Positions 24,067 to 34,607 of a stretch of DNA of 64,000 nucleotides are shown here, piece after piece. The notes under the pieces are model-generated. The model worked only from the letters and a program-made list of their open reading frames with translations. It did not search any database and was not told the DNA's origin. Source of the DNA: Vermamoeba vermiformis (lineage: Eukaryota); NCBI GenBank assembly GCA_045837725.1, contig JBEWZL010000145.1, positions 248,001-312,000 of the forward strand. Direction: 5' to 3'. A program made the position numbers and the translations under genes. The first letter of the stretch is position 1. Each line of letters starts with the position of its first letter.

Positions 24067-24652
24067 ATGGATCCACACGAGGCAGACTACACTACGAGTA
24101 GTCTTATTAAATCCATTCCTTTTCGGATAATTACCTTTCTGCAGCAAGATGCAGTATTAGCGTGGATCGTAATTGGCACCCTATTATTTATTTTCATTAC
24201 AGGGCTGCACAAGAAAATAAGACAGTTATTTTATAAAACAATCGATGCATTAACAACAAAGGATATTGGTAAGTTAGAATAATTATTTGAAATTATTATT
24301 TAAAATTTGTCAATAATTTTCGAAATTGAAAGATCCAAAAAGACAAAAAGAATTCACCGAGTCACTGCGCGCAATAAGAGAAAGACAACAAGAGATTGCT
24401 GAAAAGAAAGCTCGGGAGGCTGAGGAACGTCGTAAAGAAGAAGAAAAGTCTAAACTGCTGCGCAAGGCCACGCAAGCAGGCACTGCAGCCACATCCACTT
24501 CTACTCGCTCAGGTAGCACTACATACGCGCTATTAATACACATGACTTAACCAATACATTCGCCATTAGGCTACAATCCTCTGGGTGGCACTAGTAGCTC
24601 ACGTTATCGACCGAGTGGCTTCAGCAGACCGAAAGGAGGAGGCTGAAAATAA
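24067..24652 (+). CDS. SELENOS: Selenoprotein S (VIMP) with Sec at UGA 24644-24646
   Basis: One TM helix, a coiled coil (LRAIRERQQE...), then GYNPLGG...RYRP...KGGG-TGA-AAA-TAA; SECIS downstream. Confidence 0.88.
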
Positions 24653-24846
24653 GCGGTGGGAACACGTGTTTTCAGTGAACGAGTACTATGAGGCCCTGGT
24701 AGATAGACTGCCGCGTCATGCGTACTCCTCACTGCAAACAGTTCACACCGCCCCTCGTCCCAGCACGTACCACTGAGTGCCGCACCACGCTGCTGAGACT
24801 ACAAGCACTGTGAATATGGACCACTACGAGCACGTCGTGTCACTCG

Positions 24847-24924
24847 GCAGTGCAACGGAACAATGACGCTCTCAGTGCTCAACCCACCAAGGCCGCACGA
24901 GAGACTGACTCGCCGTTGTATTGT
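24847..24924 (+). promoter_or_regulatory. Eukaryotic SECIS element in the SELENOS 3' UTR
   Basis: Helix I gcagtgcaacgg/ccgttgtattgt; core ATGA (24863-66) with TGA (24906-08); helix II ctctc-a-gtgc/gcac-gagag; apical AA at 24881-82; AATAAA at 24941. Confidence 0.88.
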
Positions 24925-25201
24925 GACAAGCAGTTGTTTTAATAAATAGGACTTCTCGTGGATGCAGGGCCGCATTATTCTCCGCAAGATTACTGCGCAA
25001 AATCTTGGCTGAAAATATCTTGGTCTCTTTCAACCAGCAGCCTCGTTTGTAGTGTCTCATTCTGCACCGCACTGACAAACACACTACACGCTCATACTTA
25101 ATGACGTCGTAAAGTTGTATCAATCTAGAACCACCGCTCGAGAGGTAAGTCATCAGGACCGAGTTGATCCAGGCCTCCACGGCCGATCAAAAATTCAAAA
25201 A

Positions 25202-25279
25202 AATATTAGAATGATGGCTTTTTAAGCGCGTTGGACTACGGAACAATTCATGACAGATAAGAAATCCTGACTTAATATT
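25202..25279 (+). ncRNA. Box C/D snoRNA, snR58/SNORD104-like
   Basis: Terminal stem aatatta/taatatt; box C ATGATGG 25211; guide aagcgcgttggacta; D' CGGA 25239; C' ATGA 25250; box D CTGA 25267. Confidence 0.75.
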
Positions 25280-25417
25280 TTTTTTTATTTTTTATTTTCG
25301 AGATGCAGATTTGGCACTCCGTTTTCTAACAATTTTTGTTGTAGGAGGGTGCACTCTAGTTAAGTTAATTGAAAATTTAAAAGGTATGTAGTGAACTTTT
25401 TCCAATGCTAACTTTTT

Positions 25418-25486
25418 TCCCGAGGATTTAATCTAATATTAGCTCTATCTGAATATAATGATAGATATCTTTACTTGTCTGAGGGA
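25418..25486 (+). ncRNA. Box C/D snoRNA, SNORD44-like guide
   Basis: Terminal stem tccc/ggga; degenerate box C; guide tattagctcta complementary to conserved SSU rRNA UAGAGCUAAUA; D' CTGA 25449; C' ATGATA 25458; D CTGA 25479. Confidence 0.72.
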
Positions 25487-25648
25487 TCTATATTAAAAAT
25501 AGTTATTATTGTTGCACATCAAGCATTCTTTTTCTAATCGTTTGTTTAGGATTTGATCCGCTGGATCGAGATCCGTTGCCTTGAACTGAACAGCTCATCA
25601 ACATGCTTAGCGTAAGTTTGCTATGAGCTTATACGATAGATTAGTCGC

Positions 25649-25718
25649 ATTTAAGTGATGACATTGTGAACGGGCGGACTGAGTTGATGAAAATGCTGAT
25701 TCGTTCCATGCTGAATTT
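25649..25718 (+). ncRNA. Box C/D snoRNA, snR70/SNORD43-like
   Basis: Box C GTGATGA 25655; guide acgggcgg complementary to universal SSU CCGCCCGU; D' CTGA 25679; C' TTGATGA 25684; D CTGA 25711. Confidence 0.88.
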
Positions 25719-26046
25719 TTTTCGTTTTTTTCTCCTAATTCTATCCTGATTACATCATATTAATGTTGGTTGCAGGCCTACAAGATGAATCAGTTCTAAA
25801 ATTGCTTGCCCGTTGCAAAAGCGTGGATGCACAAAACCTATCACATGTTCCTCTTTCAGATCCAATAAAACCGAACCTATTTAACATGACCTTTCATGTA
25901 CTTCGTCTCTTGGGCGTACATTGCACGATGATGTTGCATCGGTCCCATATGTGATTCAATTTTTTGAGCTGCAGATAATTTTGTTACGCGGAAGTTTTCA
26001 GTTTGTTGCAACTTGCCTGGCGAGTTAACAATAAGAGAGATAGAAT

Positions 26047-27090
26047 ATGGACGTCATTACCAATACTCTTGCGCAAGTATTGGCGCCCCTTAAGCCATTC
26101 AACGATTACATGAACAATTTCGAGTACTCCAGCGAGACGCCCTTCACCAATTACAGATGGCCCTTCTCGTTCTCTTTTGGCTACTTGGTGGTCATTTGGC
26201 TGCTGCACAAATTCATGGCTAATCGTGCGCCGATGAAAGTCTATTGGGCTGGCCTTATTCACAACTTCAACATGTTTGCTCTCAGCCTTATTATGTTGAT
26301 CGGCTTGGTTTATGGCATGGTTCGAGGTCTTTGGGTACGCAATAATATATGCAATGGAAATGTGCTAATAATTGTGCTCAGGGTCACTCCTTGGAAGAGT
26401 GTGCTGAGATGATGGCTTGTGATTCAAAGAGACAGTTGGTTCGCAGCGGTCCGCTCTACTTCTGGATGTATATCTTCTATCTCTCTAAATTCTACGAGCT
26501 CTTCGACACAGTTTTGATTGTTTTGAGAAAGGTATGAAATGGGTTCACATGATCGTGGATGCGTTGGCAGTTAGATTGCGGAAATTGATGACCCATGTTA
26601 TTATATTGCTCAAAAAACAATACGAATATAACAATACTAATTATTATTGCAGAGCAAACTCCGATTTTTGCACGTTTATCACCACTGGATCACAATGGTA
26701 TTGTGCTGGGTCAGTCTCGAAACTGAGCTCCCTGTTCAGTGGTTGGCGAACATTCTCAACTCACTTGTGCACGTTCCTATGTACTACTACTACGCTATGG
26801 CTATTTTGAAGGTCGATGTCTGGTGGAAGAAGTACATCACCATGATGCAGATCATCCAGTTCGTCCTCGTGCTCACACTCCATACTATTAGCTTTTCTTG
26901 GCACTACCTCTACACCAAGAACTGCAATTCGTTCGATGACACTTGGGGCAATCAATTTGGTCTCACTGTCATTGCTTCGTATCTGGTGCTCTTCATCCAC
27001 TTTTACGCTCAGACTTACAAGAGCGGCGAGGAGGGCAATACTCCACGCACTCCTCGTGTTCCTCGTACTGACGCCAAGAAGACTCAGTAA
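26047..27090 (+). CDS. ELO/GNS1/SUR4-family fatty acid elongase
   Basis: FYLSKFYELFDTVLIVLRK, FLHVYHH, NSLVHVPMYYYY, WKKYITMMQIIQF, C-terminal KKTQ ER-retrieval motif. Confidence 0.96.
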
Positions 27091-27229
27091 ATGTAGCGCA
27101 ATCAATTGGTTCGAGAACTCGCGCTTGAATCCATTTTTGTTTTAAACTGCGAAGTGTTGAATAAATATCTCTCGTATTCGGAAGAAAGGTGCATTGGGTT
27201 TATGTACAAAATAATCAAAAAAGACAGTA

Positions 27230-29392
27230 TTAAGCCTTGTCTGCAGTCTCCACTGGTGCGTCAGTAACAACGCGCTGTTTGATGGCGAGCAGCGAGAGGT
27301 ACTTGATGACATTGAGCAAGAACTTCTTGCCTTCTTGCACATTGGAGATGGCATTGCCGGCATCGAGATAGATGCCGTTGACCCGGAAGTTCACCTTGGT
27401 CTCGAGTGACTTCTGCAGATCTGCCGAGACATTGACCGTCGCTTTGACAGCGTCAATGAAGAGTGTCGAGACAGTGGAGATGTGATCGCTGATCTGATCG
27501 GCAAACACGCGGATGTACTTGGCCTTGGTCAACAGCTCTTCGTCTGAATCTTTCACGACTGGTTCGGACTGCGCAGTTTGATGGTCACTGACAATCATGA
27601 ACTCAGCGACACGCAACAACTGCGAGGGGAGTTAATAGGGACACACGTTAATATGCGTGGTGATGCTTACGTGTTCTACAGCGAGGGCACTCAATTCAGC
27701 CAATCGTTCAGTGCCTTCGATTTGGCTTCAAATGCAGGTTAGTACACTCTAAGTGTCAATTAGTGATCTGACACGTACAATCTGTGTTGATAGGTCATCG
27801 TGAGACCAAACAGTTCGTTAGCGCCAGTCGGGACAGTCGTCAATTGGGCTACACTGGCCTCGAATTCTTTTTGCAGCTGTGTCACGCGCTCTTTGCTCTC
27901 AGCGACTTTAGCCTCAATTTGACCTAATTGTTTCTCGGCTTTCTCGTTCTAGTGTATGTGTCAGTAAGAGCGATTCAATAGCGCGTGCGTGTTACTGACC
28001 CATTTCAGCGCGGGCAGTTCTTCTTTGACATCCTCTTGTCGCTCAATGTCAAACTGTTCTTGAATCGAGGCTGATTGGTCTATAATTGCACCTTGTTAGA
28101 TCACTGTTATGAGTGCGCTCATATCACATACCATCAACTGTTTCACGCACTGAGGCATGGAGTTGACGATAGGCCTGTTGAATTTTCATCATGCACTCGA
28201 TGGACATGTACTCCAAGGCCTGAATGTTGGCAGCACCGAGTCGTTGTTCAAAATAGGCATCGAATGTCATTTCAGCATTCTTCTTCACAGAGGGACTGGA
28301 CGCAGTGCTGGAGGGATCAGTCTCTTCGTCGAGATTGACCGTCAAGCGTGACACGAGCTTGGGCTTGTTCTCGGGACCCACTTCAGTCGTGGTCAACAAT
28401 TGCAGTGCTTTTTCACCGACTTGTTCCAGGGCATCGAGACCACGGTGCGCCAAGTCACCCCCGACTTTGAAGCCCTGATCGACGAGCTGATTCTCGCGCA
28501 CGGTGGTGATCACTGCTTTGGCCTTCTCTTGCGCCTTGTTGGCCACTGTGCTCAGATCTGTGTTGGCGACTTTATCGACACCTTTTTGAATGATGTTGCC
28601 CAGGTAATTGGCGGTGTTGCCGATCAATGAAAACAAACCCTGGTTGATGATGCAGATCCGTTAATGACACGTGTCAAGTGGGGTGAGTACTTACGGCATC
28701 ATCTTCAGCGGTCTGCTGCTCTGAGGGCTGTGCATCACCTTCACCAGGGTTAGTAGTGTTCGTATTATTCTCAACACTACCACTCGAAGTGTCGTTAGTT
28801 TCAGTCGTGTTTGTGTCGCCGCTGCTCTCTTCTTTGACGATCAGACTCGGCTCCTCTTTCTTCTCATCCTCGCCGATCACTTTGGCAATTTCAGATACTA
28901 TGATTTTTAAAATTATTATTAATATTAAATATCGATGTGAAGGCATTAATTATGAAAAATGCAGAAAAATAACGTTGAAATATTTTCGATTTTGAACGTG
29001 AAAAATAACTAATTACCTGTATCACCGACGGTATCCAATGCTGGCTTAACATATTCGCCGACCTTCGAGGACACGCTAGAAATTATACCCCAGCCCCAGC
29101 CCCAGCCTTTGCCTAATGCAAATTATATTGAGTAATTATTATCGATATTCCAAAATCTTTTCGTACTTTCAGTCTTGGGCTCTGGCTTTGGTACTTCAAC
29201 AGGCTGCTGTTTGACAGGCTCAGGTGCTTTTTCAGCTGGTTTAGGACTTGCTTCTTTTTGAGGAGCTGGATCAGCTTGCGGTTGTTCGGGCTTAGATTCA
29301 GGTTGTGGAGCTGATTGGTGCTCAGATGCTGCATCTTGTGGCACTACTGGCACTGTTTGTTCAGTAGGCGTGCTCTCTGCGACGTCTGACAT
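27230..29392 (-). CDS. FAM114-like protein
   Basis: Acidic/Pro-rich N-terminus, GWGWG motif, GLDALEQVGEKALQLL and FDAYFEQRLGAANIQALEYMS segments, helical C-terminus. Confidence 0.72.
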
Positions 29393-29828
29393 GGTCTTGT
29401 GTGCTCGTGCTGTTGGATCTGAAAATAGGACTGCTCCGTCGACAATTGCACTCGATGACGTCAGCATGACCGTTGCTGCGCAGTGTATCTTTTATGAGTG
29501 AGGCGCATTAGGATTTCCGAACCAGTCCAGAAAACACTCACTAAACGCGCGGATCGTCCTTTTTACAAGTATTGAAGAGAAATAATTCTTGATGTCACTC
29601 GTTTCCTAAATGCGCTTCAAGGTCATGAACTTAAAATAACGTTCTTGACTCATTAGTTCACTGTGGGTCCCTACTTGATTAAAAAAGGTAATTTGATTTT
29701 GTTTCAGCGCCAGCACAAATTGATTCTAGCCCATAAATAGAAGAACAACAATACCTAGCTGAATCTATTGTATATAACAACAATTGGTGGCTAATATTTA
29801 AAGTCGAAAACACACAACCGTCGAGATC

Positions 29829-30842
29829 ATGCGACTTTATATTGGCCAAAGGAATAGGTTCTTAAATGGAGCTCCAACAATTATATTAGTAATTACAGTA
29901 GAGCACAACGTAACAATACGACAAATCAAACAAGCGATTGAACAGCAGGTAATATTTTGTTGAGAATAATCAAAAAATCAATAATTATTTATTACCAAAA
30001 AATTCTTATTGATTACCATTTTTGTAAAGCTTGGTGTAGCTGTTGAAGAACAAGTACTTGAACATAATGGGCGAATATTGAGTGACGACAAGTCAATTGC
30101 ATTTTATGGAGTTGGATCAGATGAAATACTGCTGTTCCATCAAGAGATTGATCTTGAAGACCAATCGCACGAGGACAAGCGACGCAAAGTGCAGGAGTAT
30201 ATTCGCATGCAGAATGTGTTTGACAATTTTGAAAAAGCGATCGTGTTCAATCCAGAAAGTTTTGTGCCGACAGCCATGCTGTACATTCACTGCAGCGTGA
30301 ATGGTGTGCCAGTGAAGGCCTTCATCGACTCGGGGGCCCAGCTGACCATCATGTCCAAGTCGTGTGCCGAGCGCTGTGGGTAAGCTATTCGCTTGTGACT
30401 GCGCGTGTCAGTACTGACCTGTCTGATATTTGCAGCATCACGCAGCTGATGGACCAGCGATTTGCAGGCACCGCGCATGGCATTGGCAGTGCACGGATAT
30501 TAGGTGCGTGATATATATACAGCGTGCATAGGGCTTGCGCTGCGTACTGACAGTTGCGTCACAGGTCGCATTCACTCGGTGGACATTAAGGTTGGGCACT
30601 CATATTTGGCCTCTAGTTTCAGCATTATAGACGATGACTCGATGGAGCTCATCATTGGGCTGGATCTGCTCAAAAAATTCAAAGCGCAAATAGACCTCAA
30701 GTACAATGTGCTGCGGATAGACGGTGAAGTGGTGCCGTTCACGCAAGAGCCTGACACCTACTCACCGCCGCTGAATGACCTCCCTAGTCAAGTGAACAGT
30801 ATGAGTGGCCCTACGCTCATGCAGACCACCAAGATCGACTAG
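29829..30842 (+). CDS. DDI1: DNA damage-inducible protein 1 (UBL + retroviral-like aspartyl protease)
   Basis: UBL-like N-terminus; NPESF...[40 protein letters not shown]; no C-terminal UBA seen. Confidence 0.93.
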
Positions 30843-31153
30843 TGGGCAGGTGCATCCATCCATCTCGGCAATTTTGTTGTATTTAATTGTATTATACTCT
30901 TTGGTCCACTAATAGGACACTCGTGTACATACTCTGTGAATAGTGTGATAAATAGCGATGAAAACAGATCTGCTGTGTCCAGTGAGGTCATTGCCAACGA
31001 CATCGTGCGTGTTCATTTGTTTTTTTTTGTATTTACTCGCTAACAGGATTGTAGTGCCATTACAGTATGTATCAGTAGCATAATATTTAGTTACAATCAG
31101 TATTGTCGTCATAATGCGCCTCGGTTCATTATTAATAACTGACTTGTGCAGGG

Positions 31154-34100
31154 ATGTTGACAGCGCGATCCTTGTTAGTGAAGACTATTAGCAAAGTGGC
31201 GAATAATTCGTCGAGTGCCTCTGTATATACAGCTTTGCAATTACGAAGCTCTCGACAGTACTCCACAAACAACTCCAAATCCAGCCTCCATAAATTTTCA
31301 AAAAACAAGTCTACCACCCAAATCCTGTTAAATAATTATGAAAACAAATGTAACAAAATTTTCAGCGCATCATACGCAACCCAAACCACATCAAGTAAGA
31401 TTTGTCATCTAAATTATATTTATTTCTCTATTGCATATTTATTATATGCTTTAAAAAATATATCAATGTGCTACAATTATGAACAAGTAGAAAATAGAAT
31501 TGATATTTTTGTGTCAATAACAAACCACAATAATTAAACGATCCGATCAGAGCCCAGCGCCCCTCGTACAGCCCGTCGCGCACGAGCTGTGGTTGAAAAT
31601 GTCGATGTATATACTGGTCGCATGCGTGATGCTTGGAAGGCCAATGTCGTCACAGGTAATTACGCGATAATTGAGCTTGATCTGTACATCCACTCACCTC
31701 TGCGCAGCTATTCCATTCACTTTCCGAGAAATGACTGCTGCAGGCATTGAACCCAACACAGAGACCTTTGAATTCCTCGTGCTGGCTTTGATCCGCTTGA
31801 AGCGTTACGAGGATGCAGAGATCGCGTACCAGAGCATGCAAGAGCGCAAAGTGGAGCCCAGTCGCGACATATTGTTCCACATGATGAAGATGTATCTGAT
31901 CCTCAAGGACGAGACACGAGCGCTGAGCATGGTGTCGCTGATCAAAGAGCGCCAGTTCGGCATTGACATTCCGATGATCAACGCGCTGCTGACGTACTAT
32001 TACACGATCAAACAGGCTGCGGGCATTGAACAGACCTTGAACATGATGCAGACTGAGAATGTGCAGCCCAATCAGATCACGCTCAATCTGCTGATGCTCA
32101 TTCACAACCAGCAGAACAACAACGACGCGTTGCAGCGTGTCTATCAACAGTTTGAACAGCTCGGCTTGTACCCTGATGACGTCACCTTCAATGTGCTCGC
32201 TGAGTCGCGCGCTAAGACTGGCGATGGTACGTACTGCTAATAGGCCTAAATGGCGTGTAACTGACTGACCACTGTGCAGTCAAGGGCACGTACGAGCTCA
32301 TCGACAAGCTGCAGGCCATGAACAAGAAGCCCAGTCAGCGCGTGTACGACGCACTGATCAAGCACTACTTGAAGACCGATCAGAAGACCAAGGCCGATGA
32401 ACTGCTCTACGAAGTGTTTGTGCGCAAATCCAAGCCCACCATTGAGACCTATCGCGGCTATGTTGATTACTACTACAGTCGCGATATGACTGCACACTTG
32501 TTGGAGTTGATGGTTGACTTCCAACGCAATCAGATCCGCGCTGACAATGACATTTACAAGAAACTTGTGCTCGCTGCTGCACGCACCAACAACTTGTCGG
32601 CTGCACGCAACTTCTTCGCTCAGATCTTGGACAATGGTGCTCGTCCTGGTGAGTAGCACGTGATTGTTGATCCTCTGCGCAGTACTGACTTTGACACGTG
32701 TCATTCAGATAACGAGACGTGGTACACTATTCTCGACGGCATTGCCAATGAAGGCACGATTGAAGAAGCGATTGTGTTCAGCGGATTCATGAAGCAGCTC
32801 AATGTGCCTGTCACCCCTGCACTCTTCAACACCTTTGTCAAGCTCTACTGTCGTCACGGTCAGCCCCTCGCTGCCTTGAACATCGCTCAAATGTTCCCCG
32901 AACACGAGCCAAAGCTCACCAACGACAACTTGCACTTGATTCTGAGCACCATTATGGCTGACATGCAGCCCTATGGCGAGAAGGTGAACAGCGTAGACTT
33001 GAAGAGCGCCACTGAGATGTACAACCGCATTGAATCCATCACTGGTCCTGCCCCGACTGTAGCGCGTGTGTTGGCAGTGTGGGAGTACATTAAGGGCCAG
33101 GGCATCATGGCTGACGGTCGTATCTACGCGCACTTGATTGCTGCTCACGGCTACGAGCGCAATCGTGACCGCGTGTTGGCACTGTTGGGCGAGGTGATTG
33201 AACACGGCATCGCCGTCAGCTCAGACAGCGCGTTGACCATGTTGAGCGGCATTGAACACATTCAGCGCGGTGGTGAAGAGGTGTTGGACACGCTATTCCA
33301 GCACTTGTCTGAGAAGCAGACTGCAGCGCTCTCGCAAGAAGTGCTCACCAAGTTCATCGAGCTCTACTCCAAGCTCAACAGACTCGACAAGGCCAAGCAC
33401 TGCTGGGGTCTGTTCACTGTCTTGGGCAAGGCTCCGTACCGCGCCGCTTACCAGGCCATGCTCGACGCCTACATTGCCAGTGAGTATCATAGTTATTGCA
33501 CCTAAGTGCCTGTATTTCTAACACTCTTGCAGGTGGCTCATCGGGCTTGCACGGCAGCATCACCCTCGCCAAACAAATGGTCGAGGAGCAGCACTTGAAG
33601 TACACCTATCCCTTCAGCGTGCAGTTCTTCACTGATTTCTTTGGTTTCCTCGCCATGCACGGTGCAGTTGAGTACCTCGGCACTGCCATGGGCTGGTTCA
33701 AAGAGCTCAGTGCCTATCATCAGAACAACAAATACGTCACTGGCGAGCACGGCGTGTTGCTCATCAGTTACATGCGCGGTAAGTAGCTGAACACCTTTGT
33801 TGACACCTGTCACTCGACTGACACTGCCATCAGACCTCGTGGTCGAGCGAGCAGTGCCCAAAGAGCTGATCGATCGCAATTTGAATGATTTGCACGAGGC
33901 CTATTTGAACAAGAACAGCGTCTACCGTCAATTGCGCGACAGGCTGTTCGATCCCATTTTAACAGAGTTCGACAAGAAGTTGCGCGATGTGCCCCTGCAA
34001 ATGGAAGATAGCGTGCGCGAAATGATGTACTCGATCAGCGAGGAGCTGAAACAGCCCTTGGAACAGCTTGAACGCAACATGACCAACCCCGATGTGTCCG

Positions 34101-34375
34101 AGAGTGAACTGCTCGAGGACCGATTCATGCAAGCCAATGCCCATCAACTGATGCTCGGCGAAGAACGAGTGCGCATGCGATACAACGTCGATAATGCGGA
34201 CATGGACGAGGACATGCTCGCTGAAGAGGATGTGGATGAGGACGTCGAGGACGAAGAGGACGTCGATGAAGAGATTGAAGAAGAAGAAGACGACACTGTG
34301 GATGTCGCTGAAGAGCGTGCTAAATTAGAAAAAATTGAACAAATTTTGAAGAATTTGTCTGGTGGCAACAAATAA
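31154..34375 (+). CDS. Mitochondrial pentatricopeptide-repeat (PPR) protein
   Basis: R/S/T-rich presequence; repeated ~35-aa units (GIEPNTETF, NVQPNQITLN, GLYPDDVTFN); acidic C-terminus. Confidence 0.88.
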
Positions 34376-34607
34376 GACAAACAAAAGCAAAAAATAACCT
34401 CGGAATAAAACAATTTTGTATTCAAAACAAGCAACAGAACTACTTGCTCCATTTACTAAATACATATTTGATTTGTATAGCAGGTAAGTTCCCTAGCTCT
34501 AGACGCGTTAATTATGAGGATCAGATCTGATCGTCTGGATCCAAATTAATAATTTAAATAAATTCAAATAATTTTACTTATATTTTATTTGAACAGAATA
34601 ATACATA

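Larger units (their letters stand above)
25025..25885 (+). ncRNA. Spliced non-coding snoRNA host transcript (four exons)
   Basis: CTCTTTC (TOP-like) at 25025; introns 25145-25344, 25384-25549, 25612-25775 with GTAAGT/GTATGT donors, (C/T)TAA(C/T) branch points and YAG acceptors; all three frames stop across the spliced exons; AATAAA at 25864. Ends approximate. Confidence 0.75.

Noticed and set aside
24872-25180. 102-aa minus-strand ORF, with CTGATGA (hammerhead-like) and ACTTACCT (U1-like) words near 25140-25157
   Set aside because: These words are the reverse complement of the plus-strand donor GAG|GTAAGTCATCAG; no hammerhead stem II/GAAA or U1 body follows; the ORF starts at GTG and overlaps the SECIS.
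25224-25250. gcgcgttggactacggaac resembling a tRNA-Arg(ACG) anticodon arm
   Set aside because: The anticodon stem does not pair and there is no T-arm or acceptor stem; it is better explained as a snoRNA guide plus D' box.
30280-30380. Retroviral-type protease motif DSGA as evidence of a retrotransposon
   Set aside because: It lies in an intron-containing DDI1 gene with a UBL domain; no RT, integrase or LTRs are nearby.
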